DNA of 64,000 nt. It comes from Minisyncoccota bacterium. Lineage in GTDB: Bacteria; Patescibacteriota; Minisyncoccia; Phycocordibacterales; UBA9973. The notes below the pieces were generated by a model. The model did not search any database and was not told where the DNA came from. It saw only the letters and a list, made by a program, of their open reading frames with translations. The stretch spans positions 5,715 through 69,714 of the forward strand of contig JBAYHY010000001.1 of NCBI GenBank assembly GCA_041665885.1. Reading direction: 5' to 3'. The position numbers were made by a program, and so were the translations under genes. Positions 1 to 9,307 of this stretch are shown piece after piece (within the stretch, counting starts at the first letter, position 1; the number at the start of each line of letters is the position of its first letter).

Positions 1-1099
1 CCCCATAGCCACCAACGCCGGCAATCGGGCAAGAAACCGCTGTTTGGAACGTATTTAAACCCAAAGCAGTAGTTATTTTTGTGAAATCATCAACGTCACC
101 TTTTCTGCCGGGCAAACCCATCGGCTTCATCACATTTGCGAATGGTGTCCCGGTGTTTTTACCGACCCCCGCCCCGGTATTTGGATTGGTTAAATAGCAT
201 TGACCTACATTTGCTCCGAGGTTTGATTCCTGGGTAAGAATTGCGAGCAAGAACGCCGGATCAATTCCCGTCGCTTTTTGTGCCTCGGTAGCATATGAGA
301 ACGCAGTCCCGAAATCTATCTTGGTTGAAGTCCCCGCTAAGGGAAATAGCGCAGCCCGAATTTTATCTGCCTGAATTTTTTTCTGAGCAGCAAGTTTCAA
401 ATATGCAGCTTCTTTTTCCTTTGAAATTGCCAATAATTCTTTTTTGCTGGCTTCAGATTTAGCTACCCCTTGTTGAGCATTTTCTAATTCCGCCTTGGCG
501 TCAGTTTCAGCATTTTGTTTTGTTTCGAGGTCTTGTTTCGCTATTTCAGTTTGTGTCTTCACACCCTTTATCACATCTACCGAATCCTTCACTGCTTGCT
601 TGATGGAGGCGTATGATTCCAAATCACTGTAAAAACTTGAAACACTGTTGTCGGACAAAATCAGGTGTACAAGGTTCTCATTATCAAACTCATTTGTGTT
701 ACGCAGGAGTTGGGCGAGGGATTCATACTCTCGGTCTATTTTAGTCAAAAGTGAATTAATCGTCCTGGCCTTTTCCGTAATGTTTATTTTTAATTGAGCT
801 ATGGCGAGCGCTCTCGCTTTTATCTTTGCCTTGAGAGCATTGATCTGACTAGTCAAATAATCCACGTCTCCTTTCAGGGTTCCGGTTTGTTTTTGTTGCT
901 CTTTTTGTTTATTTAGTAAATCCTGAAGCTCGGCCTCTATTTTAGAAAGTTCATTTTTGCAATAATCTTTATCTGCCTGGCTTGAAGATGTCGTAATCGT
1001 CAAACAATCAAAAGCAGCAAAGGCTCTCGGCAACGATAAAAAAATAATATAAACAGAAAATATACCCAGCAAAATAAAAACCACAGTTTTTCTTTCCAT
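1..1099 (-). CDS. Secreted coiled-coil protein with C-terminal lytic murein transglycosylase-like domain (3' end outside window)
   Basis: Manual translation from ATG at 1099: MERKTVVFILLG signal/TM, long coiled coil, then GIDPAFLLAILTQESNLGANVG (transglycosylase ES motif). It is absent from the ORF track because it runs off the edge. Confidence 0.8.
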   Translation of the reverse strand, partial: MERKTVVFILLGIFSVYIIFLSLPRAFAAFDCLTITTSSSQADKDYCKNELSKIEAELQDLLNKQKEQQKQTGTLKGDVDYLTSQINALKAKIKARALAIAQLKINITEKARTINSLLTKIDREYESLAQLLRNTNEFDNENLVHLILSDNSVSSFYSDLESYASIKQAVKDSVDVIKGVKTQTEIAKQDLETKQNAETDAKAELENAQQGVAKSEASKKELLAISKEKEAAYLKLAAQKKIQADKIRAALFPLAGTSTKIDFGTAFSYATEAQKATGIDPAFLLAILTQESNLGANVGQCYLTNPNTGAGVGKNTGTPFANVMKPMGLPGRKGDVDDFTKITTALGLNTFQTAVSCPIAGVGGYG

Positions 1100-1123
1100 G
1101 GTTTTTATTATAGCATATTTAAT

Positions 1124-1798
1124 TTATTTCTTTTCTTCTTTCGCTGGAGGATTCTCCTCGGCGGCCGCTTCTGTGCCCTCTTCATCTTTCTTGCCCTTCT
1201 TTTCCACCTCAATCGCGGACAAATCGACTGGCACGACCTCCTCTTTTTCTTCAACTTGTTCTACGATAGAAGCCACAACCTCAGTGGGAGCATCAATGAT
1301 GACAACCCCGGCTGGAAGTTTGATATCAGAAACAAAAATCTGACTGTCTAGAGTCTCCAATTTTGAAAGATCGACAACGAGGTCGTGGGGCAAATCATTG
1401 GGCAGCGCCTCTATCTCAACTTCGTGCAAAACCTTAACGAGATTCCCAATCCCACTTTTGACTGCATTTGAAATACCTTCGAATACAAGCGGTACGTTGA
1501 CCTTAATCTTCTTCTTCATATCTATCGCCAAAAAATCTACGTGCATGGGTTCATCGGTCACTGGGTCGACTTGCACTTCGTGGATGAGCACATCAATATT
1601 TTTTCCTTCCTCGGTCGAAATTTTAACAGCGGAAGATTCACCGGCATCTCTCCACACTTTTTTAAATTCAATTGTCGAAATAGCAATAGGCGTTGATGTT
1701 TTGCCGGCTCCATAAAAAACAGCCGGAATTTCCCCACCTTTCCTCAGGGCATCTAATTTTGTGCCCACATCACGATTTTTTGCTTTGATTGAAAACAT
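1124..1798 (-). CDS. rplY: 50S ribosomal protein L25 (CTC-type)
   Basis: LRKGGEIPAVFYG and HVDF motifs, acidic C-terminal tail. Confidence 0.97.
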   Translation of the reverse strand: MFSIKAKNRDVGTKLDALRKGGEIPAVFYGAGKTSTPIAISTIEFKKVWRDAGESSAVKISTEEGKNIDVLIHEVQVDPVTDEPMHVDFLAIDMKKKIKVNVPLVFEGISNAVKSGIGNLVKVLHEVEIEALPNDLPHDLVVDLSKLETLDSQIFVSDIKLPAGVVIIDAPTEVVASIVEQVEEKEEVVPVDLSAIEVEKKGKKDEEGTEAAAEENPPAKEEKK

Positions 1799-1851
1799 AT
1801 AAAGATAGTATATATAAAAACGCTAAAAAAGCAAATTTAGCTCCTTTCTCT

Positions 1852-2706
1852 CTATTTCAAACCGTTGAAAAGTTTCAAACGCGCCTCGGCAACCACTTCA
1901 ATTGCCCTCACGGCTGGCTGTAATATTTTGTATGGAGTAGTTTCGTCTGGATTTTCCTTGAGTGATTTCTTCAGTGCCTCGTCATAAGCAAGGCGAATTT
2001 CAGTACTAATATGCACAATGGAAATACCGGCTTTAATGCCTTTGGCAAAATCCTCGTCGCTAATACCGGAACCGCCATGGAGCACCAGGGGTACTCCGGT
2101 TGTCTTTCTCAACTTTTCGACAAGTTCTGCGTCGATATGAGGATTGCCGCCTTTTATCATTCCATGAATATTTCCCACGGAAGGCGCGAACAAATCTATC
2201 CCGGTAATCTCCACAAATTTTTTCGCTTCTTCCGGTTTGGTCTTTACTCCAGCTCCTTCGGGAATGGTGTCTTTGATGTTGGAACCCGAACCGATATACC
2301 CAAGCTCGGCCTCAACCAAGATCTCCGGATTGTTCTTCCTGGCATAGCTTACGCATTGTTTCGTAATTTCAGCATTTTCTTCAAAACTCAAATTAGCTCC
2401 ATCGAAAATTACTGAGTCAAATCCGGCATCGACGGCGAGCTTTACTCGAGCGAAACTGTAATGATGATCCGCATTTAAAAAAATGGGAAAATTCTCTTTT
2501 TCTCTGATTTGCCTAATCATTCCTATCGCTTCATTTCTACCGACGAAGTCTTCTTCCCCCTCGGAGAGTCCAATAATCACAGGAACATTGAGCTTCTTCG
2601 CCGCATTGTATACGCCATGAAATCCTTCTAAATTTGAAATATTAAAATGTCCAATGGCTATCCCCCTTTCGTCCGCTTCCTTAATATATTCCCGCAATGT
2701 TTTCAT
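1852..2706 (-). CDS. fba: Class II fructose-bisphosphate aldolase
   Basis: ADHH, VEAELG, GNIHG and LVLHGGSG motifs. Confidence 0.93.
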   Translation of the reverse strand: MKTLREYIKEADERGIAIGHFNISNLEGFHGVYNAAKKLNVPVIIGLSEGEEDFVGRNEAIGMIRQIREKENFPIFLNADHHYSFARVKLAVDAGFDSVIFDGANLSFEENAEITKQCVSYARKNNPEILVEAELGYIGSGSNIKDTIPEGAGVKTKPEEAKKFVEITGIDLFAPSVGNIHGMIKGGNPHIDAELVEKLRKTTGVPLVLHGGSGISDEDFAKGIKAGISIVHISTEIRLAYDEALKKSLKENPDETTPYKILQPAVRAIEVVAEARLKLFNGLK

Positions 2707-2710
2707 ATAT

Positions 2711-4141
2711 CTATTTTAACAAATCTATTAAAACCTGCTTCGCTACAGCAGGATTGGCGCTTCCTTTTGTTTCTTTCATCATTTGTCCGACAAGGGACAT
2801 GATGGCTTGCTCCTTACCCCCCTTGTAATCCGCTACGACCTTCGCATTTGCATCAATAATTTTCTGTGCAATTTCTTTCAAGGCGCCCACATCACTAGAT
2901 TGAATTAAATTGTTTTTCTCAGCATATTCTTGAGGATCAATCTTTTTATGAACCATCAATGCAATTATATCCTTTACGCTTCGCGATGATAGTTTAGACG
3001 ATAAAAACATCTTAATTAAATTCGAAAAATCTTTAACATCAGGCAATTTAGCATTCTTATCTTTTCGTACACTTCCGACAACGTCAGTGGTAAAAAAATT
3101 AGAGCCTACGGTGAAATAATCCTTCTCCCCTCCATCAAATTTAATATAATCTTCAATCCAAAATCCAAATTCTCGATAATTTATATAAACTTCTACATCT
3201 TCTTCCTTGATTCCTTTTTCTCTCAACTTGGTTCGCCTCGCCTCCGGCAATTCCGGTAATTCATTTTTTATTTTCTCTAAATCAAATGCTTCGTGGAGTT
3301 TCAATTTTGGTAAATCTGGATCAGGGAAATATCTATAATCCGCGCTTCCTTCTTTTTTTCTCTGAGAATAAGTTTGTTGTTTACCTTCGTCCCAACCCCT
3401 AGTTTCCTGCACTATTTCTGAACTTTTGCCTTCTTCCAAAAGCTTTGTCATTCTATCAACTTCATATTTAATAGCCCGTTCGACACTTCTGAAGGAATTC
3501 AAATTTTTAACCTCCACTTTTGTGCCGAGTTTGCTTTTGTCCTCTGAAATCGAAATATTTGCTTCCACCCTCATTTCACCTTTTTCCATATTGGCTTCAG
3601 ACACTCCCAAATACCAAAGTATCAGCTGCAGTTCTTTGGCAAATTTCGTTGCTTTTTGAGCTGCCTCCTCGGCATCACTAAAAGTATGTGGCTCAGTAAC
3701 CAATTCCATCAGAGGTACCCCGGCACGATTAAAATCAATTAAAGAAAAATCACCCCGATCGTGTTTATTGTTTGCGGTATCTTCTTCCAGGTGCACTCGG
3801 GTGACATCCATGTCGGCCAAGTGCCCCCCAGAGACTATTGGAAATTTATATTGAGAAATTTGATAACCCTTCGGGATATCAGGGTAAAAATAGTTTTTAC
3901 GATCGAATTCCGAAAAATCGGCAATATTGCCATTAATAGCCAAACCAACTTTTATTACATTCTCGATGGCTTTTTTATTCGGCACCGGCAACGCCCCCGG
4001 ATGCGCCATACAAACCGGGCAAATATTTACATTGGGTTTTTCTTCGTCGGGATTATTCTTGCACGAGCAAAACATCTTCGTTTCCGTTTTTAGCTCAGCA
4101 TGTATTTCAAGCCCGATTGTTGGATAATACTTATTTGCCAT
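2711..4141 (-). CDS. gatB: Asp/Glu-tRNA amidotransferase subunit B
   Basis: IGLEIHAEL, FDRKNYFYPD, HLEED, NRAGVPLMELVTEP, YRYFPDPDL. Confidence 0.98.
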   Translation of the reverse strand: MANKYYPTIGLEIHAELKTETKMFCSCKNNPDEEKPNVNICPVCMAHPGALPVPNKKAIENVIKVGLAINGNIADFSEFDRKNYFYPDIPKGYQISQYKFPIVSGGHLADMDVTRVHLEEDTANNKHDRGDFSLIDFNRAGVPLMELVTEPHTFSDAEEAAQKATKFAKELQLILWYLGVSEANMEKGEMRVEANISISEDKSKLGTKVEVKNLNSFRSVERAIKYEVDRMTKLLEEGKSSEIVQETRGWDEGKQQTYSQRKKEGSADYRYFPDPDLPKLKLHEAFDLEKIKNELPELPEARRTKLREKGIKEEDVEVYINYREFGFWIEDYIKFDGGEKDYFTVGSNFFTTDVVGSVRKDKNAKLPDVKDFSNLIKMFLSSKLSSRSVKDIIALMVHKKIDPQEYAEKNNLIQSSDVGALKEIAQKIIDANAKVVADYKGGKEQAIMSLVGQMMKETKGSANPAVAKQVLIDLLK

Positions 4142-4183
4142 CTTGTTATTCTAGCAATTTTGCTACCTAAATCAAAACAGTAC

Positions 4184-4810
4184 CTATCTTGGTGTAAGAT
4201 TGTAAACAGATATTTGAATTAACAAAATTAAACACAAATAGTAAAAAGGAATTGCCGTATATGTCCACCACAATACGGTGGTTGCTAGCATAAAAAATAA
4301 GTGAATATACTTTATATCATTTTGAAAACCTAAAATAATAGGTAGTGTTTTCAAATTTTCTTTTTTATCTTTTGTTATATCTCTAAAATCTGCTGAGAGA
4401 TTTCTGATAAATATAACAATAAATGCAATTAACGTAATTACATTTCCAAAACCTACTATGCCTGACAAAAGGAACAAATACTGAAAACCTCTTAAGATTG
4501 GAGCAAAAATTTCAAAATGATTTTTGTTCTTTAATGTATATAAATAGCTACAAACCAAAAAGATTAATGAATATAAAATATGACCGTAAAAATAAACACC
4601 GAGAAGCGACAATAGAACCCAAGACCACCAAGGAACTTTTCTACGATATGCATGGGAATGTCTAAATTCTAAATAAGCCAAAAAACCAATGTGTAATAAT
4701 AGCACTCCAAGAAATTCGCTAGGGGTAGCCTTAACTGCAATAAGTAAAACAATTAAATCGAGCAAGGAATAAATTCTCAGCTGTCCCAAATAATTAAAGA
4801 AGGTTTTCAT
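4184..4810 (-). CDS. UbiA-superfamily-like membrane protein (only the second Asp-rich motif is evident)
   Basis: Multi-TM; ADFRDITKDKKENLKTLPIILG resembles UbiA motif II; overlaps the end of idi. Confidence 0.55.
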   Translation of the reverse strand: MKTFFNYLGQLRIYSLLDLIVLLIAVKATPSEFLGVLLLHIGFLAYLEFRHSHAYRRKVPWWSWVLLSLLGVYFYGHILYSLIFLVCSYLYTLKNKNHFEIFAPILRGFQYLFLLSGIVGFGNVITLIAFIVIFIRNLSADFRDITKDKKENLKTLPIILGFQNDIKYIHLFFMLATTVLWWTYTAIPFYYLCLILLIQISVYNLTPR

Positions 4811-5321
4811 TTTTTTTATACTCTAGTAACTTATTAAAACATGTTTTGACCCATTCACAATAAATGTTTCCGTTATTTTTTATGTCATCCTCCAACCACT
4901 CTAAGTTTACCCATTTATATCTATCTACTTCCGCCGGATTCGGGATTGGTTCCCCGTCATATTTACCAATTAACACATGATCGAATTCGTGTTCAACGAG
5001 ATTATTGTCTAAATTTGCTTTGTATATAAAATTAAATGCCTCAGCCAGGTCACAATCAAAACCCATTTCCTCAACCAATCTTCTGTGCGCAGCTTGTAAG
5101 GTGTCTTCGTCTGGACGAGGATGACTACAACACGTATTTGCCCATAATCCTCCGGAGTGATATTTACTTAAGGTCCTTCTTTGTATAAGTAATTCATTTT
5201 TCTCGTTAAAAACAAAAATAGAGAAGGCTCTGTGTAAATCTCCTTTTTGATGAGCTTCTAATTTCTCTTCTGTCCCTATTGGTATATCGTTTTCATCTAC
5301 TAAGATTAAATAATCGTGCAT
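4794..5321 (-). CDS. idi: Isopentenyl-diphosphate delta-isomerase type 1
   Basis: HRAFSIFVFN, WANTCCSHP, RRLVEEMG, EHEFDHV. Confidence 0.96.
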   Translation of the reverse strand: MHDYLILVDENDIPIGTEEKLEAHQKGDLHRAFSIFVFNEKNELLIQRRTLSKYHSGGLWANTCCSHPRPDEDTLQAAHRRLVEEMGFDCDLAEAFNFIYKANLDNNLVEHEFDHVLIGKYDGEPIPNPAEVDRYKWVNLEWLEDDIKNNGNIYCEWVKTCFNKLLEYKKNENLL

Positions 5322-5334
5322 ACAAAAAATATTT

Positions 5335-6345
5335 CTATTTCTTTTTTAGAATTTTAGACAGTTCATCGCTGAATTTTTTTACCATTTTATCATCAAATAA
5401 AGACAAAACAAAAACTTTTTTACCAATTTTTTCAAATTCAACAATTTTTTTCGCAACAATTTTAGGGTCCTCAGCCACATCCGCCTTCGTTAAAATTATT
5501 ATCTCCTCTTTAGAAGAAAGACCCTCAATTCCTAATTTTAATTTTTTGTCATATTTTTCGAGTTCCTTTCGAATTTCCTTGTAAGACTTCATCATGCCGG
5601 TCGAACCTCTGGCTAAATTCTCAAAAGACACAAGGTGAGCAAGCATCTTGGTGCGCTTGATGTGTCGCAAGAATTTAACCCCGAGACCCTTGCCCTCCGA
5701 GGCGCCTTCAATAAGCCCTGGGATATCAGCGATAATGTAGCCATAAAAATCTCCTAAATTCGGATCTAGGGTAGTAAACGGATAATCCGCCACCCTCGCC
5801 TCGGCGTTCGTGAGAGTATTTAGCAAAGAACTTTTACCGGCATTGGGAAGGCCAATCAACCCAATATCTGCAAAAAGTTCCAACTCTATTTTGAAATTTC
5901 CCTTTTCGCCATCTTGCCCCAGACGAGATTCTTGCGGGGTTGTATTAACAGAACTTTTAAAATGCTCATTGCCAAAACCACCATAACCACCTTTTAAAAT
6001 TTGCACCTTTTGCCCCTCCTCTGACAGCTGCCAGATTTCATCTGTTTCCAAATTGGTGACGACAGATCCGACCGGTAATTCTAAAATAAAATCTTCGCCA
6101 TTTTTTCCGTGTAAACTTTTTTTGCCGCCGTCCTCGCCTCTGCCAGCATTAAAATCCTTTTTTGCCTTATATTTAGAAAGAACGTGTATATCGCGCACTG
6201 CCTGAATATAAAAATTTCCGCCACGTCCTGCGTCCCCTCCTGCGGGCCCTCCTTTGGGCACGAATTTCTCTTTTCGCCAACGCACGACGCCGTTCCCTCC
6301 GCGCCCTGCCTCGGCAGATATTATCATTTCATCAATAAACGCCAT
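5335..6345 (-). CDS. obgE: GTPase ObgE
   Basis: Gly-rich Obg fold, GLPNAGKS, YPFTT, DIPGLIEGAS. Confidence 0.98.
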   Translation of the reverse strand: MAFIDEMIISAEAGRGGNGVVRWRKEKFVPKGGPAGGDAGRGGNFYIQAVRDIHVLSKYKAKKDFNAGRGEDGGKKSLHGKNGEDFILELPVGSVVTNLETDEIWQLSEEGQKVQILKGGYGGFGNEHFKSSVNTTPQESRLGQDGEKGNFKIELELFADIGLIGLPNAGKSSLLNTLTNAEARVADYPFTTLDPNLGDFYGYIIADIPGLIEGASEGKGLGVKFLRHIKRTKMLAHLVSFENLARGSTGMMKSYKEIRKELEKYDKKLKLGIEGLSSKEEIIILTKADVAEDPKIVAKKIVEFEKIGKKVFVLSLFDDKMVKKFSDELSKILKKK

Positions 6346-6418
6346 CCCAGTACTAAAATTTTAGCTAATAATGCTTATCGACATGTACCCGTAATCAAAA
6401 ATTTAGTACGGGACAGGT
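6343..6418 (-). repeat. Palindromic intergenic element, copy 1 (ends in the obgE ATG)
   Basis: Minus strand ACCTGTCCCGTACTAAA...TTTAGTACTGGGATG, 76 nt. Confidence 0.85.
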
Positions 6419-6420
6419 TC

Positions 6421-7326
6421 CTATGATTCTACCGCAATTTGAGCCAATTTGATAGCACCTTCCTTGCTTTTTGCTGCGGCCAAAAATCTTCCCTTATGAC
6501 AAAATAAAGCATCTTTAACTCCAGTGACTTTCTGTAATTCCTCACATTGTAACCCTGCCCAGGATTTCGGAAAATCTTTTCTGCTAATAAAACTCTCGCC
6601 CTTCTTATTAACTGTTTTAATAACCCAGTGTTTCTCGTTCTCCCTAGGAAAAATAACAAAAAGTGTGAGGGAAAATTTATCAAAAGTTTTCTTGAAAGGG
6701 TAATATTTATTTAGAACAATTATTTTTTTATTTTTAGCCCTTTTATAACAACCAATGATAATTTGCTCGGCTAGCATTTCATCCCCCGTGTGGACAATGG
6801 CTCGAGATAATACTTCTTTGGCAATCTTCACTGCCTTTAAAAAATTTTTGCTATAATCAGCCACTGGCTCTCTCCAAGTTGGACGTAAAAATTTAAACAA
6901 ATCTGGAACAATGAATGGCGAAACCTCATGTGTGTTTTTATATAAACTTATCCCATTATCATCTGCATCAATTGCTGAAACCAGCGAATTGTCGATAAAC
7001 ATGGCAGTCTTCGCGGAACCCGAAATTTCGGCACCAAATTTCCTCCACACAAGACCAAACGAGGCATATTCTATTCCGTTCTTTCTTTTTCCGGCACCTC
7101 CTTTTTGGTGATGATCAAATATATTTTTCCTCTCATTATATATACCTCCCGTATCAACGACGAAATCACCACTGTCCACGATGTCTTTACTGCGAGTTCT
7201 TATTATTTTATATTTTATGCCCCTTTTCTCTAAAACAAGAGAAATGACCGCGCAGGAAAAAATGTCATCAGAATGAAAGGGCCCGTCATGAGTAACTATT
7301 CTCTTTATTTTAGTTATTTTCTTCAT
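6421..7326 (-). CDS. MYG1 (UPF0160) family exonuclease/hydrolase
   Basis: VTHDGPFHSDD, VVDTGG, FDHHQ, IDADDNG, FCHKGRF; start moved to MKKITK. Confidence 0.92.
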   Translation of the reverse strand: MKKITKIKRIVTHDGPFHSDDIFSCAVISLVLEKRGIKYKIIRTRSKDIVDSGDFVVDTGGIYNERKNIFDHHQKGGAGKRKNGIEYASFGLVWRKFGAEISGSAKTAMFIDNSLVSAIDADDNGISLYKNTHEVSPFIVPDLFKFLRPTWREPVADYSKNFLKAVKIAKEVLSRAIVHTGDEMLAEQIIIGCYKRAKNKKIIVLNKYYPFKKTFDKFSLTLFVIFPRENEKHWVIKTVNKKGESFISRKDFPKSWAGLQCEELQKVTGVKDALFCHKGRFLAAAKSKEGAIKLAQIAVES

Positions 7327-7915
7327 ATGGTTCTTCGGATAATTCATAAAGCCAACTGATAAGTTTATCAAAAATAATAAATACAATATACAACAACAAA
7401 ACAACGATTAAAAATTGCCAAATTTCCTTACTTATCTGGAGAGCAGTATAACTAAAAATATATCCCAAAAAAAGCATGAGCGGGGCCCAGATAGCCGTAG
7501 CGGAGATATCTGCCTTTAAAAACTTCTTATAATCAATTCTCTCAAAACCGGAAAATAAGATAACGACATTGTTCGCCCCAATGATAAATTTCGAAGCAAA
7601 GATAGACCAAAAAGGTTTTGTTTTGAATCTAGGTAATATTGAATATACCCGCCTTTGAATATATTTGAAAAATTTGTGGTGATTAAAAATTTTGAATAGA
7701 AACACTCCCAATTCGTAGCCTACGAGGGGTTTAGACAATACACCTAGAATCACGACAGCAAGAGAAACCCAAATATTCAGAGCACCTAGATGCACCAAAA
7801 TACCGGTACAAATCAGGAAAAGTTCTCCCTCCAGAAGCAGACCTAGAAAAATTATCCCGTAGGCGATTATCTGATGATGCTCCACGAGACGAATTAACAA
7901 ATCAATAGTATGCAT
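7310..7915 (-). CDS. DedA family membrane protein
   Basis: LLEGE, GYELG and SKFIIG, plus TM pattern typical of DedA/VTT. Confidence 0.85.
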   Translation of the reverse strand: MHTIDLLIRLVEHHQIIAYGIIFLGLLLEGELFLICTGILVHLGALNIWVSLAVVILGVLSKPLVGYELGVFLFKIFNHHKFFKYIQRRVYSILPRFKTKPFWSIFASKFIIGANNVVILFSGFERIDYKKFLKADISATAIWAPLMLFLGYIFSYTALQISKEIWQFLIVVLLLYIVFIIFDKLISWLYELSEEPYEENN

Positions 7916-7988
7916 CCCAGTACTAAAATTTTAAATTGTTATTGATGGTGGTCATTGTTTGTAATCAAAAATTTAGTACGGGACAAGT
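7913..7988 (-). repeat. Palindromic intergenic element, copy 2 (ends in the dedA ATG)
   Basis: Same 21-nt and 28-nt flanks as copy 1 (one mismatch) around a different 27-nt core. Confidence 0.85.
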
Positions 7989-7991
7989 AAA

Positions 7992-8441
7992 TTAAAATAA
8001 CGCATCTACGGCTTCTTTTACCATAGATCCATCGGCTTTCCCTTTCAGGTCTTTCATAAGGGCAGACATGAGCATTCCCTTCTTCGTGGCATCGTTAATA
8101 CCAAGTTCATCTTTTTTTTGCTTAGCAATTTTTTCAACTTCACTTTTCTCCATTAATTTTGGCAGGAAAGTTTCCAAAATCGCTAATTCTGATTCTTCTT
8201 CTTTTACTAGGTCTTCGCGATTTCCTTTTTTGAATTGCTCGATAGAATCCTTTCGTTGTTTTGCCAGTCGAGAAATGACAGCCAAGGCTTCTTCATCAGC
8301 GAGCATTTCGTTGGGTTTTTTATTTTTTGCTACCAGTTCATTGGTAAAAGCCGCCGACATGGAGCGGAAAACCTTTAGGCGCAAAGCATCCTTCGCCATC
8401 ATGGCCTCTTTTATTCCATTTTTTATTTGTTCATGTAACAT
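7992..8441 (-). CDS. GatB/YqeY domain protein
   Basis: KEAMMAKD, KQRKDSIEQF, GKADG. Confidence 0.93.
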   Translation of the reverse strand: MLHEQIKNGIKEAMMAKDALRLKVFRSMSAAFTNELVAKNKKPNEMLADEEALAVISRLAKQRKDSIEQFKKGNREDLVKEEESELAILETFLPKLMEKSEVEKIAKQKKDELGINDATKKGMLMSALMKDLKGKADGSMVKEAVDALF

Positions 8442-8514
8442 AAATATAAAGCTCAGAAATTTTTTGATTTTTTAATCTGGTCAAATTATAACAAAAATAT
8501 GTTAAAATAGCACT

Positions 8515-8589
8515 ACTTGTCCCGTTAGAAATTCAACGGGTATGTTATAATAACAATATGATTATTTATTTAAAATTTCTATTGGGATG
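8515..8589 (+). repeat. Palindromic intergenic element, copy 3 (ends in the exonuclease ATG)
   Basis: ACTTGTCCCGTTAGAAATT...AATTTCTATTGGGATG. Confidence 0.75.
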
Positions 8590-9303
8590 AATAAGTTAAT
8601 ATTTTTTGACACGGAAACCACGGGAAACACTGAAAAGGATTTTCTCGTCCAAATTGCTTACAAACATGCTGGTGAAAGTTTCGTCGGTCTTTACCTACCT
8701 CCTATTAAAATCCCGCCCGAGGCCTCGGCGATACACCACATAACAAATAAAATGGTCACCGACAAGCCGACTTTCAAAGAAAGTACAGACCAGCCGATAA
8801 TTAAAAAACTTTTTGAAGACAAGGATTCTGTCGTCATTGCGCACAACGCTCTTTTCGATCTGATGATAATTGAAAAAGAAGGAATAAAACCAAATAGATT
8901 TATCTGTACGCTTCGGGTTGCGAGAGAGCTAGACCCCGAGGGAAAAATTGAAAGATATAATTTGCAATACTTGCGATACTTGCTGGACCTCGACGTCGAA
9001 GCTGTGGCCCACGACGCGATGGGTGATGTTTTGGTTTTGGAAAAACTTTTTGAAAGACTTAAAAATAAATTGATTAAGGAAGAAAAATTAAACGAAGACC
9101 ATGCGATAGAAAAAATGATAGAAATCTCTTCTCACCCTTCCCTTCTGCGTTCATTTAATTTCGGCAAACACAATGGAAAGAAACTAGAAGAGGTTTTAGC
9201 GACTGATCGGGGGAATTTAGAATGGCTTCTTGCCCAAAAACTTGAAAGTGACCAGATAGACGAAGATTGGATTTATACATTAAAGCATCATTTGAAGAAA
9301 TAA
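8587..9303 (+). CDS. DEDDh 3'-5' exonuclease (DnaQ/ExoX-like)
   Basis: FFDTETTG, AHNALFD, AHDAMGDV; C-terminal FGKHNG...LEWL module. Confidence 0.9.
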   Translation: MNKLIFFDTETTGNTEKDFLVQIAYKHAGESFVGLYLPPIKIPPEASAIHHITNKMVTDKPTFKESTDQPIIKKLFEDKDSVVIAHNALFDLMIIEKEGIKPNRFICTLRVARELDPEGKIERYNLQYLRYLLDLDVEAVAHDAMGDVLVLEKLFERLKNKLIKEEKLNEDHAIEKMIEISSHPSLLRSFNFGKHNGKKLEEVLATDRGNLEWLLAQKLESDQIDEDWIYTLKHHLKK

Positions 9304-9307
9304 ATAT

